The notes under the pieces were generated by a model. It was not told where the DNA came from. It was given only the letters and a program-made list of their open reading frames with translations, and did not search any database. A program made the translations under genes and the position numbers. DNA of 61,106 nucleotides, the filler included, from Basidiobolus meristosporus CBS 931.73 (lineage: Eukaryota > Fungi > Basidiobolomycota), in the NCBI GenBank assembly GCA_002104905.1. It is 5 parts of 5 records of this genome, joined end to end, with 100 filler letters (N's around TTAATTAATTAA, not from the genome) between each part and the next. Parts side by side here need not be neighbours in the genome. Positions count along the whole stretch, not along the records: positions 47,052 to 56,816 come from MCFE01001317.1; positions 56,917 to 61,106 come from MCFE01001364.1; 3 more parts are not named here. One strand, written 5' to 3'. The first letter of the stretch is position 1. Every line of letters begins with the position of its first letter. Below are positions 48,402 through 60,974 of the stretch, piece after piece.

Positions 48402-50592
48402 ATGATGGCGCCTGCCCAAGAGCGCCCAACGTAAGTGCGGATCACTGCAACTTGCTATTCAAACTCAGTACTCTTCCATGCAAGAAGACAGGCATGCAAT
48501 ATATAGATATACCTCAGCGGTCAATACAACTCCAAACATTCCTTGGTGTGGTTAGGGAATCAGATAATGTCTCTGGCTGAGTTTCTTCAAAGGTTAAATC
48601 AAGTAGTCCAAGAGTGCCCGCCTCGTCAGAGAACCCTGTTTTATCGAGAATTACCCATGACGTGTCATCTTTGAATTAAACGTCACAACAAGCGTGATTA
48701 AATGGATCTTAATCGGCATTCATCACAACGTCATGCGAATCACACATTTCAGGGAGACGGATGCACGTTAATGCCTAGGGCAAATCAGCTTGTGACCGTC
48801 GTTCGACAATATTATGGCTTTTCGAATTCTTCCGTGAGCATGTGCTCATACCTCGGCACGCCTCTATTGAATAGGCTTTTGAGTTGTCCCACTACACACT
48901 TGTGCGAGGCTCGATTATATACCAAGTCACCTTCAGCACCGACTCGTTTAGCCCTGTTCTTTGCGAAACTTTGTGCCGGAACCTGAACTTGAATGAGCAC
49001 CAAGTTGTTACTGCCGAGGAGCAGCCTATTCTGCATTCGTTGGTATCCATTCGTAATCGTCTTGGCGTGCTGAAGAAGGATCGAAGCAATTATCACAAAG
49101 TAGTAGACGTGGTCGCCATCTATGACGAGGTTCAAACCTAGGTTGAGAGGTTTTTTTCCGTCCGAAAGAGAGAAAACAATGACCAAGCTGATTAGGAGGA
49201 TCGAGTTGATACCGTATTGGAGGATGTGTTTTAACTGTTGTCCTTGTTTTGGATGGCACTTGGAAAGAATAGGGAGCTTCCGGCAACCTACGTTCAACTG
49301 GTAACCGTGAAGGTAACTTGGCTCTTGGTGGTTTTCATTCCATTCGCGATGCTTACCTGCCAGTCTATTCCAGCAATGTTTGGATAGTATGGATGCGTTC
49401 GGTGTTTACTCCCAAGGTATGGCCTGGTTTGACTGTTGCCAAGTTGTGTATTACTCCTAAGCTCAAAAGCCAGCTATCCACATTATTAGCACTCCATTTT
49501 GCCTGACCAGAGGATATCGCTGTATTTTCCAGCCGTCTTCAAGGTATTGAGGAGATCATAAGACAAGGTCAGATCCTTGACGACGAGTGCCTGGATCCCA
49601 AGATGGGGCTTGCGATTCTCGTGTCAAAGAAACTCAACCAGTGTCGTAAGTTAACATACCATTGTGCCTCCGGTTTCCATTGTCTGCAGCCGCTGAAGTA
49701 TGTCTTCTTGCGTAGAGAATCTACTGAGGAGCTTGAGAAACTCCCTAAAAAACATGGACGTAGAGCTCATACCTATCCACAAGCGGCTGTTGGAGCTTAG
49801 TCGTTAATTGGCCATTAGGTCTGCACGTGGTAGTTACGACCTTGACCGTGTTCGCGAGATACAAGGGGAGCTTCGTGACATAGACGGTTCTCGTGAATAT
49901 GGCAAATTCGTCGACAAAGACGGGTCGATCGCTACTAGCCAAGCGCAGGTCATTGGTTTACTAGAAAGATGTTACGAGATGACCCACGATATCTACACAT
50001 CAAACAAGATCATAGCAGAGCCCTTGAAACCTATTTATGAGAGGTTGGAGGAGATGAAGACGCAGCTTCAAAAACTAGTAGTAACGCAGAGATGGACCCT
50101 TCGTAAAACCGACCTCTGGAGTTACCAGATTCGGCTGAACGAGATTGATGCCATACGAGCGGATGTATATTTCTATGCTGGAAAGAACGGTATTCCCGAG
50201 GGCCAGGCGGTATTGAACTATCTTCTTCAGAAGTGCTATCGTCTTGTGTATCACCTTCTATCCTCAAGTGAACCGATCGCAGAGCCCCTCATTCTTATCC
50301 ACAACCAACTGGTCACATCGCGAGCTTGCTTATTGGAGGTAAAGAGATGGGAGGGACCTCTCACTGGTAAGCGACGGCATACCATATCACCTTGCTCATG
50401 CACTGATTACCTTCCCCAGCGCACGAGCTCAATCCCTACCAGCTGAAGCTTGCCAGTATTGACAATCTTCGCGTGGACGGCAGGTTTTTGGACGAGGATA
50501 ATAATGTTCCGGAAGACCAAGCCATCGTGATGTCACTACTGAATGAATGCTACGATATCATCTATGAGCTGAAAGCAAGCATGGACGATTAG
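48402..50592 (+). pseudogene. CUB1: DUF2408 / CUB1 (YPL260W)-like multi-exon gene with four in-frame stops
   Basis: Conserved-looking segments AEEQPILHSLVSIRNRLGVLKKDRS, DVF*LLSLFWMALGKN..PATYVQLVTVK, RWTLRKTDLWSYQ, PEGQAVLNYLLQKCYRL and ELNPYQLKLASIDNLRVDGRF. GT-AG introns. Stops at 49139, 49193, 49232 and 49805. The 5' exon structure is uncertain. Confidence 0.75.
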
Positions 50593-51198
50593 CTAGGTTC
50601 ACTTCTAACCTGACACGAATCCCCCCGCCATTATACCTACTAGTCCTTGCGAGTGAATGCTGATGTTATCCCCATTTACATACGCCGAATCCGAGCCGAA
50701 GAAATCAATCGGCTCCATATCATCCTTCTACATCGGGCTCGGGCTCGGGCTCATGCTGATTATATTGGATCAGGCTCATACACTTGACACGCTCGCAACT
50801 GAATAAATACTTGGGATTCGAATGGCCATTGGATGCAGAGAGGCTAATGATCAGATCCAGTGGGATTCCGAGGGATAGCCTCATGAGCAGCCCAGTATGG
50901 CAGTAAGCATCTCGCATCCATATCACACGATTTCGGGTGGTTCGGAATTTTCAGGTCTCACACGATGTGCTCCTAGTGAGGGTTGAGAACAAAGCGGCGA
51001 CCGATTTGATCGCCCACAAAAATGGAAGTCGATGCGAATTTGGATCTCAATGGATAATCGAGGTTGCGACCATTCCGATGCCCTTCCCACGGTGGCCATT
51101 AAATACCCTTCCCAGGTGCCAGCAACCTCAAGAGCCGCTGGGACATCTCTTTTAGACCGAGTCCGAGTCCGAGTCCGAGCGTATTTCCTCCTACCACC

Positions 51199-51865
51199 AT
51201 GGCTACCCCAACCAGCGTGCTACCGTTCGTTCGCAACGTGTGGAAGAACTTCCTAGACGCGAAAGGTCTAGATTCCTTCCTGCTATCCAACGTAAGGCAT
51301 CTTACCCCGCGGGCTCTTTCACTTCGGGTTTTTCTTACCTCCCCTTTCTTTCCTACCCAGATGAAGGTGGTTTCGGCCGACAAGGGAAAGGTTGTTCTGG
51401 ACTTTACGGTGGAGAAGGAGCACCTGGTGAGTTGGGCCCCGCGTTTATGGAAAGTGAGTCACGCCTTCCCTCGAAACCGCTAACCTCTTTCGCCACCCAT
51501 CCCTGTCTAGAATCGTCTCGAGAGTCTCCACGGCGGTGTTATGGGGACGCTGGTCGACATCGGTGGTTCGTTATCTATTGCCAGTATGGGAATGAAGGCT
51601 ACCGGAGTGACGACCGATCTCAACCTCACCTGCCTGTCGCCAGCCAAGTTGGGAGACGTGTTGAGCGTGGTAAGTGGCTGGGAATGTTCGTGTGGGCGGG
51701 CTCGCTGCTAAGAAACCTTTGTAGGAGGCGACGTGCGTGAGGTTAGGCAGAACGTTGGCTTTCACCGAGGTCGACCTGAAGCTCAAGGAGAAAATCATCG
51801 CCCAAGGAAGACACACCAAATACGTGGCCACTGCGCACAAGACCAACGCAGGAGATAGCTCCTGA
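51199..51865 (+). CDS. PaaI/hotdog-fold acyl-CoA thioesterase (ACOT13/THEM2-like), 152 aa, 4 exons
   Basis: Exons 51199-51291, 51361-51426, 51511-51669 and 51725-51865 splice in frame. Motifs HLNRLESLHGGVMGTLVD, GVTTDLNLTCLSPA and LGRTLAFTEVDL...IAQGRHTKY. Confidence 0.9.
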
Positions 51866-54199
51866 CTTCAGCATCCCGTAGCCTAGCTCTTGGTTACCCT
51901 GACTACTGTCGAGTCATCCATCCTTCTTGGGAACCTTGGCCAGGGCCGATATTTGAGACCCGACAACCTGGACACTGTATATCGACTACTCTTAATAAAC
52001 ACCTCTCAAATAGTCAAAGGTCGAGCATCGGTGAGTCAACGTAATGCACGACGGCGCATATCTAGCAGAAGGCTGTGGGCACTCAAAGCGGGCTTGACGT
52101 TTTCAAAGACGGATGATGCTCCGTTGACAAAGTCTTGATTTGGAACAGGAAACCACGTTGGTGAATTGCTGCCCACTCCGGTGGGAGGCGGGGAGGAGTG
52201 GGCTATTGGCAGGAATTCTTACCGTTCGTCCTTGGATCCCCTGAATGGTAGAGGTAACCCTTGTCTGATCGGGGTTTCTACGACTCCGGAGGGTTGCGCC
52301 TCAACGGTTGATAGGGTCCATTACAGACTACAAATAGGTGGGGCTCACTTTTGTCATGCCCTTCCTGACCTCCATCATCCATACCTAGCCACCATCATTT
52401 GGGACAACTACCCGTTTTAAATTTGCGAGGGGGGGGGGGTTGGAAACAAGTGTCTTTGGCTCCAACTCTTTGGTAGGGAAATGCTATATGATGACAGATC
52501 TTTCTATATCCTCTCATTAAATGACATGTATCCCAGCTGCACTAGGTTCAAACCAACGTGCGAATGCTGGATTTCAACTCCAATGCTCAACCCAAACCTT
52601 TGGACATCCACTGAGGATGTGTAACCATTGGTTTGTCTACAACCAGATTGTTATGAGTTTTTGTGTCAGCTTCAGGTATTCACAATAGTTGGTGCACTTT
52701 GTCATTTCCTGACCGAACTCTCTGCTGAGATCTACTGGGGATATTCTTACCAGAATTTGTGGTACCCCGATGTTATATTTCTGAGTTGTCCAAAAGACTC
52801 CAAACCTTGTTCAGGTGCTCCTGTTCCCTCCCCAAATAGACTGTGCTATGATTGCTTCACCGTGGAATCTTTGAGATATTTGAAGTGACTGCGTGAGCAA
52901 TGGACATGATCATGCTCACCCAATTACGGATTGGATATGAATGGGGTACTTGTACCTTGGCAAATTCTTGGGGCTTTTGGCCTTTTGCATGCAAATGCAC
53001 TTATATACGTGCCTGCTTTTTCTTTCATTTTTTAGTCCTGTAGACTAAACTAAGTACATGGGCTTTTATTTTCCCCTGATCAGACTGTGTCGGAGATAAA
53101 GTGGAGCCCCCACCTAAATGAAACTTCTGTTACAGTGGAATGGGATACATGAGTGATATCATGATAGTCCTAAGTCTTGAAGTGACTTCCTTAGTCATAA
53201 TGCTACTCTGATGTCTCACAACCTGTCACACACCATGCATTTGCAGGGAAAGTTATTGCTCAGTTGGCAATTTTCTTGAGCTTCATGACAGTACTCCTAT
53301 AGGGTGTTGCAAGATACTAGAGGGCATTGGAAGATGCTGTGCATCAGCATTTAAGAAGACACACTGCCATGCCAAGAACCCCAAGGATCATATGCCAAGA
53401 GTGGGTTTCCATAGCCCCTTAATATTAGATTTCTGGATTATGGTGCATCATCACTAACTTATCCTGTATCCTCAATCCACTGGTAACTAAAATGATCCCA
53501 CTATGTAGCTGTATCCTATTTTTGAACCCAGCTTAGTCATTATTGACTAGTAATCAAGTTGAACATATACAAAAAGCAGTCATTTACCCTGAAATCATCT
53601 GATCCACTGACTTATCAATTGCTGTCTAAACTCTGCATTGCAACTCTGCTTAATTTCAATTGGTGATTCAACCTGTTGGTGCTGACCAACTTGCTTGGCC
53701 TTGGAAGTGCCAAATTCACTGTACAGAACCTTTGGGCTTTGTATGTATCTCAACAAAATAACTTACAATTATCTTCAAGAAATTAATCCCCCTACCTTCT
53801 CCCCATAGGCCAAGTCAACCTGTTAGCCCATGAGCACCAAGCATAACCCACCACAAAAATCCCAGCTAAAACCTTGCTCTTATCAGTCCAGGGTACCTCT
53901 GCTAATATTTACTTGAGAACTGCAACAAATCTAAGATTCTGTGCCTAACAGTTATTAGACTTGGTATATTTCTCTACAGGAGTATTTATACTCCCACATT
54001 CCCACAGCAGAGGTTATTTGAAAACCAAACATGTTGTATGGTACTCACTGCTTGTTTCTTGAGTTCAGGCAGAGTTAAACACTCTTGGGGGTGTTTTGTA
54101 GAACAGTACTTAAGATATGTACGGTGGGGTGCTGGAAATTGGTGTACAAAGTGCATGGACTGTTGGATGCACTTAATGTTGCAATATCCTGAGGAACAT

Positions 54200-54504
54200 T
54201 GAAAGTGATGTGGAGAACCAGAGGACTTGCATGATATTGACTTGTAGATTTATTGATTAAAAGCATGGTATTTATACTTCTAACAAAGTAAGACAAACAA
54301 ATATGAAGAGTCTGTTAATGAAGGTCCCATCAATATGTGTACAGAGTTTGGGGTCATTTTGACAACTTTGAGAAAGGTCATAATCTGGGTATCTGAGAGT
54401 TTGGTGGGAATATTCCAGGTAAGTCCTGGCAAGAAATATGGTCAGGACAAAATGTTAATGACAGAATAAGATCTAAGTGACTGAGTTAGCATGAGTATTC
54501 AGGT
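54200..54504 (-). repeat. Older copia C1-related LTR remnant abutting copia copy B
   Basis: gacaactttgagaaaggtcataatctgggtatctg resembles ggataactttgagaatattcatgttctgggtacctgg (22066-22100). Confidence 0.65.
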
Positions 54505-56816
54505 TGTTGTAAAAATTCGTATTTCCACCTAAATATTCACCTAACTTAGTCACTTAGATCATCACCTTCAAATCCTAGAGAATACTGACCAAATTCCTTG
54601 TCAGGATTTACTTAGAATATTTTCACCAAAATGCCAGGTACCCAGAACATGAAAATTCTCAAAGTTGTCCAAACAGCCCCAAACTTTGCACACATGTTCT
54701 TGGGATCTTCCTTAACCTATTCTACGTGTTTGTAATGCCAAGACCTGGTAAAAGTATAAATACTACTTTTACATTCAATAAATCATTAAGTGAAAACCAC
54801 CTAATCTACTTGTTCTCCAAATCACTTCCAATATCTCCAAGACTCTTACAACAGGCTATGAGCCCCAAGCTGTCACTCTCTGCAATGTCTACTACTGCTA
54901 TTACTGGAATTTTTCCCTCTGCTGAAAAGTTGGATGGATCTAACTACCAAGTGTGGAAGGTGAAGATGAAGATGCTGCTACAAGAAAGAGGCCTTTGGGA
55001 TATTGTCATGGGAGAAGAATGACCTCCTAAAAGTGTGGGAGAGGAAGCCTTAAAGTACCAGAAGAAAGAACAAAGTGCCTTTAACTGCATTTGCCTTAAT
55101 GTCCAGGACAAATTGCTAATTCAATGCTTAAGAGCAAAAATGGCAAAGAATGCCTGGAAAGCATTAGAAGACACCTACCAGTCATGTTCAGCTGCCAAGA
55201 AAATGTATCTGAGACAAAAATTCTTTACTACAAAGATGCTGCCAGGAGAAGAAATGAAAAATCTAATTAACAGAATTACCCTGCTGGTAGATGAGATGGA
55301 ATCTGTGGGCATACCAACTACTGATGAGGATGTGATAGTTACCATCCTGAATAGCCTGACAGACAAGTTTCAGGGCCTTGTATCAGCCCTAGAGTCCAGA
55401 ACTGAAGATTTGACCTTAAATTATGTATATGGAAGGCTCCTGGATGAAGAATTAAGAAAATCAAGTGCCAATAAGAAGGAAGAAGAAAATGCTTTAATAA
55501 GCAATGATAACCAACAAAGGAGGTACCCAAGACCCTACAAAGGCAACAGCAACCTATTTTGCAACTACTGCAAAAGGAAAGGACACACATCAGACCGGTG
55601 TCTCAAAAAGAAAGATAATCAGCAAAAGAAGCCTGAATATGGAAATACTCCAGCAACTGAAGATAGACTATTCATATCTGCACTAAATATGACCACAAAC
55701 AAGGATTCTCAGACGTGGTATATTGACTCTGGAGCATTTTAACACTTTACACACCAAAAAGAACTTTTTACCCAATATCAAGAAATTCCAATTAAGAAGG
55801 TTTTCATGGGTGATGATAGAACACTTGATGCAGTGGGAGAAGGAACTATCCAAGTAAACCTTAGAAGCAGTGAAGGAAGCCATACACTGACCTTTAAAGA
55901 AGTACTCTATGTACCAGAAATAGCCAAGAACCTACTCTCTGTAAGCAAGGCCACAGCCAAAGGACTCAGTTTCAGTTTTGACAATTCTGGATGCAGGATC
56001 ACTGATCAAAATGGTGCTCATATTGCTTCGGGCATCAGAGATCAGAATCCATACAAGTTGACTTATATTCCATCATATCTGGAAGCCAATATAAGTAACT
56101 TAAATGAAGAAACACCAATGCTTTAGCACAGGAGATTTGGGCACATCAATTTTGATTATTTACGCAAAATGATCAAAGATCAGCTAATTTCTGGAGTGAA
56201 AATTGATCCCCCAGCTAATTTGGAGCACTGTGAAGCCTGCATATATGGGAAACAAGCCAGACAACTGTTCAAGAGCTCTGGGTTAATCAAAACTAAGAAA
56301 AAATTAGATCTAATTCACTCAGATCTGTGTGGACCTATGCAAAATTTATCCTTAGGCGGGATGAAGTATTTAATCACTTTCATTGATGATTATACAAGAT
56401 ACACAGGGGTCTACTTCATGGAGAGAAAGGAAGAAGCTCTGTCTAAGCTCAGGGAGTTTAAAGCCATGGTGGAGAGAGAAACTGGTGAAAAAATCAAGAA
56501 AATACGCTCTGACAATGGTGGAGAATATACCTCAAAACTCTTCATCCACTTCTGCAAAACTCATGGGATAAAGCCAGAGACTACTGTACCATACTCCCCA
56601 CAGCAAAATGGAGTAGCAGAACAAGCTAACAGATCAATAATTGATATGGCAAGATCTATGATCCATGATCAAAAATTATCCTATGATTTTTGGGCAGAAT
56701 CAGTTGCCACCGCTGTATATCTTAAAAATAGGAGTTATAACAGAATACTTTGTGATTCTACTCCATTTGAAGCATGGTATGGATACAGACCAAGTGCAGA
56801 ACATCTAAGAATATTT
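54505..56816 (+). mobile_element. Ty1/copia C1 copy B: 5' LTR, PBS, gag, protease, integrase; cut by a linker
   Basis: LTR 54505-54853 (TGTTGTAA...TTACAACA). PBS GGCTATGAGCCC. ATG at 54885. Motifs CNYCKRKGHTSDRC, WYIDSGA, HRRFGH, CEAC, HSDLCGP, IRSDNGGEY and QQNGVAE. Stops at 55020, 55740 and 56124. Confidence 0.93.
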
Positions 56817-56996
56817 NNNNNNNNNNNNNNNNNNNNNNNNNNNNNNNNNNNNNNNNNNNNTTAATTAATTAANNNNNNNNNNNNNNNNNNNNNNNNNNNN
56901 NNNNNNNNNNNNNNNNAAAAAAAAAACCCAGTTAACACTGGATTTGCCAGTGGTTCTAACATTGCAGTCTCCCTCTGTTTACCTCCAACATACATC

Positions 56997-57946
56997 ATGG
57001 CCTCCCCCATTGGATCCCAAACAGGTAGACGAGCTATGCAGCATATCGTATCGTAGAAGCCAATCATTAATCGCTCCGACACTTTGTTCCTAGACCTTGA
57101 AGGCAACCACCGCCCTTCTTAAACATGTATCGGAAACCAACGAGAAGAATCAAACCGAACTTCTCCAAGACGATGAACCTGTGTGGTTAGTCATTACTAC
57201 CAAACGCTTCACTGAGAAGAGCAACATCAAACCCACAAAGATGTAAGTCGCTGCGAGCAAAGCACTGTAGAATAGTCCGCTAAACATACCACTTGTACAA
57301 CAGTCCACTTCGACATCCTTTTTTGAATCAGGGAGTAGATATTTGCTTGTTTACCAAGGATCCTCAGAAAGAATACAAGCAACTTCTGGAGAAAAAAACA
57401 TCAAGCAGATATCCAAGGTACAATATACTGAGCAGCAGAGTAGCCTTGTATCAAGACTAATTCGGAACCTTGTTTGAATGTAGGTGATTGGAATCTCCAA
57501 GCTTAGAGCCAAGTACAAGACCTACGAGGCCAAGCGCACTCTTTGTCAATCCTATGGGCTTTTCCTTGCTGACGCCCGTAATCATTCCCATGCTTCCCAA
57601 ATTGATCGGTAAAAAGTTTTTCGAGCGCAAGAAGCAGCCAGTTCCCATCAACCTTACATCAGGAAACCTTGAAAAGGAACTTCAAAGCATTCTGCACTCT
57701 ACATACATGTTCAAGCCTAGCGGTACATGTATGTCTATCAAAATTGGCGTAAGCTCACAATCGGGTAGCCAAATAGCTGAAAATATAGAACATGCGATCA
57801 ATCATATCGTTGAAAGAATCCCTAAAAAATGGAAGAACATTCAAAGCTTACATATCAAAACCACTGCATCAGTATCCTTGCCTATCTTTAACTCTCTTCC
57901 AGATGAAGTTAGTTCAATTCAGATCAGGCCGGTTAAATCTGAGTAG
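56997..57946 (+). CDS. RSL1D1: Ribosomal L1 domain-containing protein (RSL1D1/Utp30/Cic1 family), 4 exons, with three 1-bp indels
   Basis: Exons ~56997-57024, 57094-57242, 57304-57417 and 57484-57946. Motifs IPLRHPF, ICLFTKDPQKEYKQLL, VIGISKLRAKYKTYEAKRTLC, FLADAR.IPMLPKLIGKKFF, GTCMSIKIG and WKNIQSLHIKT..SVSLPIF. Confidence 0.85.
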
Positions 57947-58375
57947 TGTCCATTCCTGTTATTGTTCAATCGCTGTAATACTACTCGTTTCTTTTAGTAT
58001 CAATAAATATAGAATCACGACCTATGAGGCTTTGCCATACATAATATCGTGTTCGGTTGACGATTGGTTCGTTGTTGGATGTTCGATGTGAATGTGTTGA
58101 AACTTTTCCATCGTGATTCGGTTCATCTAAAGAGAAACCCCGTCAGAGAAGGGGACATAGGAGTTGTGGGTGGCTTGTTTATAAGAATACGATGAGGCTC
58201 CTCTCGCTTCCTCTGTCTTTTACCTACCCATTGATACTGTATTCTTGAATTCATATTTATGGTGTGGTTTTTATGCTAGTTGGCACAATATGGAATTTAA
58301 AATTTGTTCCCGATTGATTTCAGTTATTTTGGTAAGTGTTTGGTTAATATCATGTGACACCTCACAGTAAACAAG

Positions 58376-58447
58376 GCCTGCTTAGCGCAGTGGTAGCGCG
58401 TCAGTCTCGTAAACTGAAGGTCGCCGGTTCAATCCCGGCAGTAGGCA
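58376..58447 (+). tRNA. trnT-CGT: tRNA-Thr (anticodon CGT), intronless
   Basis: Complete cloverleaf: GCCTGCT/AGTAGGC acceptor, GCGC D-stem, TCAGT-CTCGTAA-ACTGA anticodon arm, GCCGG-TTCAATC-CCGGC T-arm. Followed by a TTTTT Pol III terminator. Confidence 0.93.
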
Positions 58448-59317
58448 CTTTTTACAGTCCGCTATAGCGAAGGGTCCATGTGGGAATCATTTGAATGCAA
58501 ACAGGGCTTAATGATCTCCGACATGTTCAAGGTCACAATAGCTGTGCAAAGATTTTTCCATCACTTTATCGCTTCGATGTATTCTCTACATCGTAACTAT
58601 TCAGACACCCAAACAAAAACCACATTCTCATGGGATGGAGAACGCAGTCATAATTTACTTGACTTTTTGTTGTGAGGAAATCTTGAACAAATAATTAATT
58701 TATTAATTTTATTATTGATTAAGAACATTGTTTTATTTCCAAAATGCCTACTCCTCATGAGGGTGTAATAATAATACTGGACGAGAGCATACTGACAATT
58801 AGAGCATATATATGGTGGTGGCGCTAAAGCATATAAACTGAATATTTGGCAAAGCAGAGTCAGAGGGGTATTTAGGTAATCGACAAGCGTGTAAAAAGCG
58901 ATAATAGATTTTGAAATAATGTCACGAGGGCTCATCATAGTGGTATTAAAGATCACAGCAAAGCCAAAAATGACATATGCTATGATCATATGGAGGACGA
59001 TCCGAAATAATGCTATATTAGTATCTAGATAAGGGTACATTGTTGTGCAAAAATAATATTACCCCACAGCTAGCAAAAAGCCACTCAACAGATATGAACT
59101 CAGGAATCCGGTATAAATGAGCAGGTAAAAGAAAGAGGAAGCGGGATAAACCCTACTGTGTTTTTGTTAATAAGAAACCCGTGACTTCCATCGACCCCTT
59201 CTCTGACGAGTTTTCCCTTGAGAAGGACCGAAATACGACAGCGGTAGTGGCAACAAAACTACGAAATTAAACTCTCCGGTTCCACCAAAGGATAGCGCTA
59301 AGACAAGCACCGCAAAA

Positions 59318-59725
59318 TTGATGAGCAGCACCTACGTAACTCCAGAAGAAACTTTTAGTTTCATCAAGGGCAACTGCTCGAGAGATATTAAAACTTCTCA
59401 TCACAATATGATAGGCAGATTCATGCTTGACCAATGCAGCTGGAGTGGTGGCTCGTATGATCAGTATCGAGAACGGCATCAAGAATACGGTTGTGTATTG
59501 CTGGCTAATGCTGCTCGGTCTAGATTGTGCAAAAAAGATGTAAATTTTGATAATGCATGTAGCTTTTTTTATGAAAAAAATATTCCGTTTTGTGCTGACT
59601 TCGAGGATTTCAACTTTATGGTTAGATTTACAGGTAGAAGCGTGAATGGTCATAGTCCAAGCACTTCTGTAGGAAAAGTGACACTGTTGCTTCTTGCCTT
59701 TTTTGCTTCTTCGTCATTTTTATAA
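59318..59725 (+). CDS. Hypothetical Cys-rich protein with a hydrophobic C-terminus (GPI-signal-like); 5' end may be incomplete
   Basis: 135-aa ORF with 6 Cys and an S/T-rich spacer followed by VTLLLLAFFASSSFL. No recognisable family. Confidence 0.35.
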   Translation: MMSSTYVTPEETFSFIKGNCSRDIKTSHHNMIGRFMLDQCSWSGGSYDQYRERHQEYGCVLLANAARSRLCKKDVNFDNACSFFYEKNIPFCADFEDFNFMVRFTGRSVNGHSPSTSVGKVTLLLLAFFASSSFL

Positions 59726-60974
59726 ACAAATATATCAATAACCCCCTATAGCAGTAGAAAGTTGTAGAGTAATTTTATTCAGCAGCTGCTAAACGCTCAC
59801 AATATGGTATTGCAGCAACTAAGCCCAGTTACAGAAACCCTCGGGTGGTGAGCTTACTCCCTGAGGCCAAGTTGCCCATACCTAACATTTACTGAGGACA
59901 ATGTGTGGCGAATGAGATAGACGCACGGTTATTCTTTGTAAGGAGTCATGGCAAAGCCACCTATCTAACTTCCATACAAACAGTGAAATTATACAATACT
60001 TCTATCATGGAATAGTGCTGAACATAAGCCCAGCAATTACACCGAGTTGGCCCGAGATACGTATGCATCCGAGTCCTGAAATACTATACCTCAGGTCCTT
60101 TACATGACCAAAGATGAAAAAGAACAGGCCCACACAAGGGCTAAAGCCACGAATTCGTACAGAAGTAAGGATTTGGCACCCTGACTCTCTTGAATAAGCG
60201 GTATCCATCGTGAAAAAGGCGAATCAGGAGAACCCAGAGTCCAGTCAAGAAGGATATGGTAGCTCTCCCATCAAAGCTGTACAACTGTTGGAGTGATCCA
60301 ACGGATACAGAGATAGAAAGAGAAAGTACGATGCAATAATGATGCCTGTAGAACTCCTGGTAGGTGACAAAACAATGAAATTCGTGTTACGCTAGTCAAC
60401 AAAAAATTCGCTAGACAGGTTTAAAGGAGTTGCCCAAAAACAGATCCTAATATGTGTTAGTTATCAGACTGCATTTTGGCATTCTTATCACTGGATTTGA
60501 AACGACATGTGTGAAGTCTGCTTTTCAACTGCATAAAGCTAGCTAATATAGGAAGCGATTGAATTTAATCGAACAAATCACGAATCAAGTGAATTTTAAT
60601 CGTATCAACAATGTCAGGTTGATTTCTCCATTCTAGAATGCACGTTCTACGTGCATGTCAATAACCCAACACTGCAAATCAGAATGTGCACCATGTGTGT
60701 CATAACCAAAGTTCGTGTGGACTCACATTAGGTATATCTCGATGGGTTGATATATGAAAACGACAATCACATTATTGTACATACATCAGATCGTTTCCAC
60801 CATTGACGTGCTCTGTTTAGATGTTCAGCTGGTCAGGCAGTCATTGGGGTGCGCAACAATGATTTTGCAATTGCCTTGCTGTGGAGTACGGGAAGAAAAC
60901 AGTATAAATTGGCTGGTCACGCTTCTATGAAAATCAATTCGATATCTAATATCTGCTTTCCCTCCAATACCAAA

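Noticed and set aside
49139-50592. Genome-wide UAA/UAG=Gln genetic code
   Set aside because: TAG appears to terminate this gene and RSL1D1 at expected positions, and other genes need no read-through; kept only as a testable alternative.
50720-51180. Possible small minus-strand gene ending EPEPEPDVEG, and GAGCCC/GAGTCC hexamer repeats
   Set aside because: No convincing splice model or family; the hexamers are 3-4 unit microsatellites.
52430-54200. CpG-poor stretch that looks like decayed TE
   Set aside because: No assignable protein motif or terminal structure.
58648-59040. 130-aa hydrophobic minus-strand ORF
   Set aside because: AT-rich, no motif or homology I recognise; may be a chance ORF.
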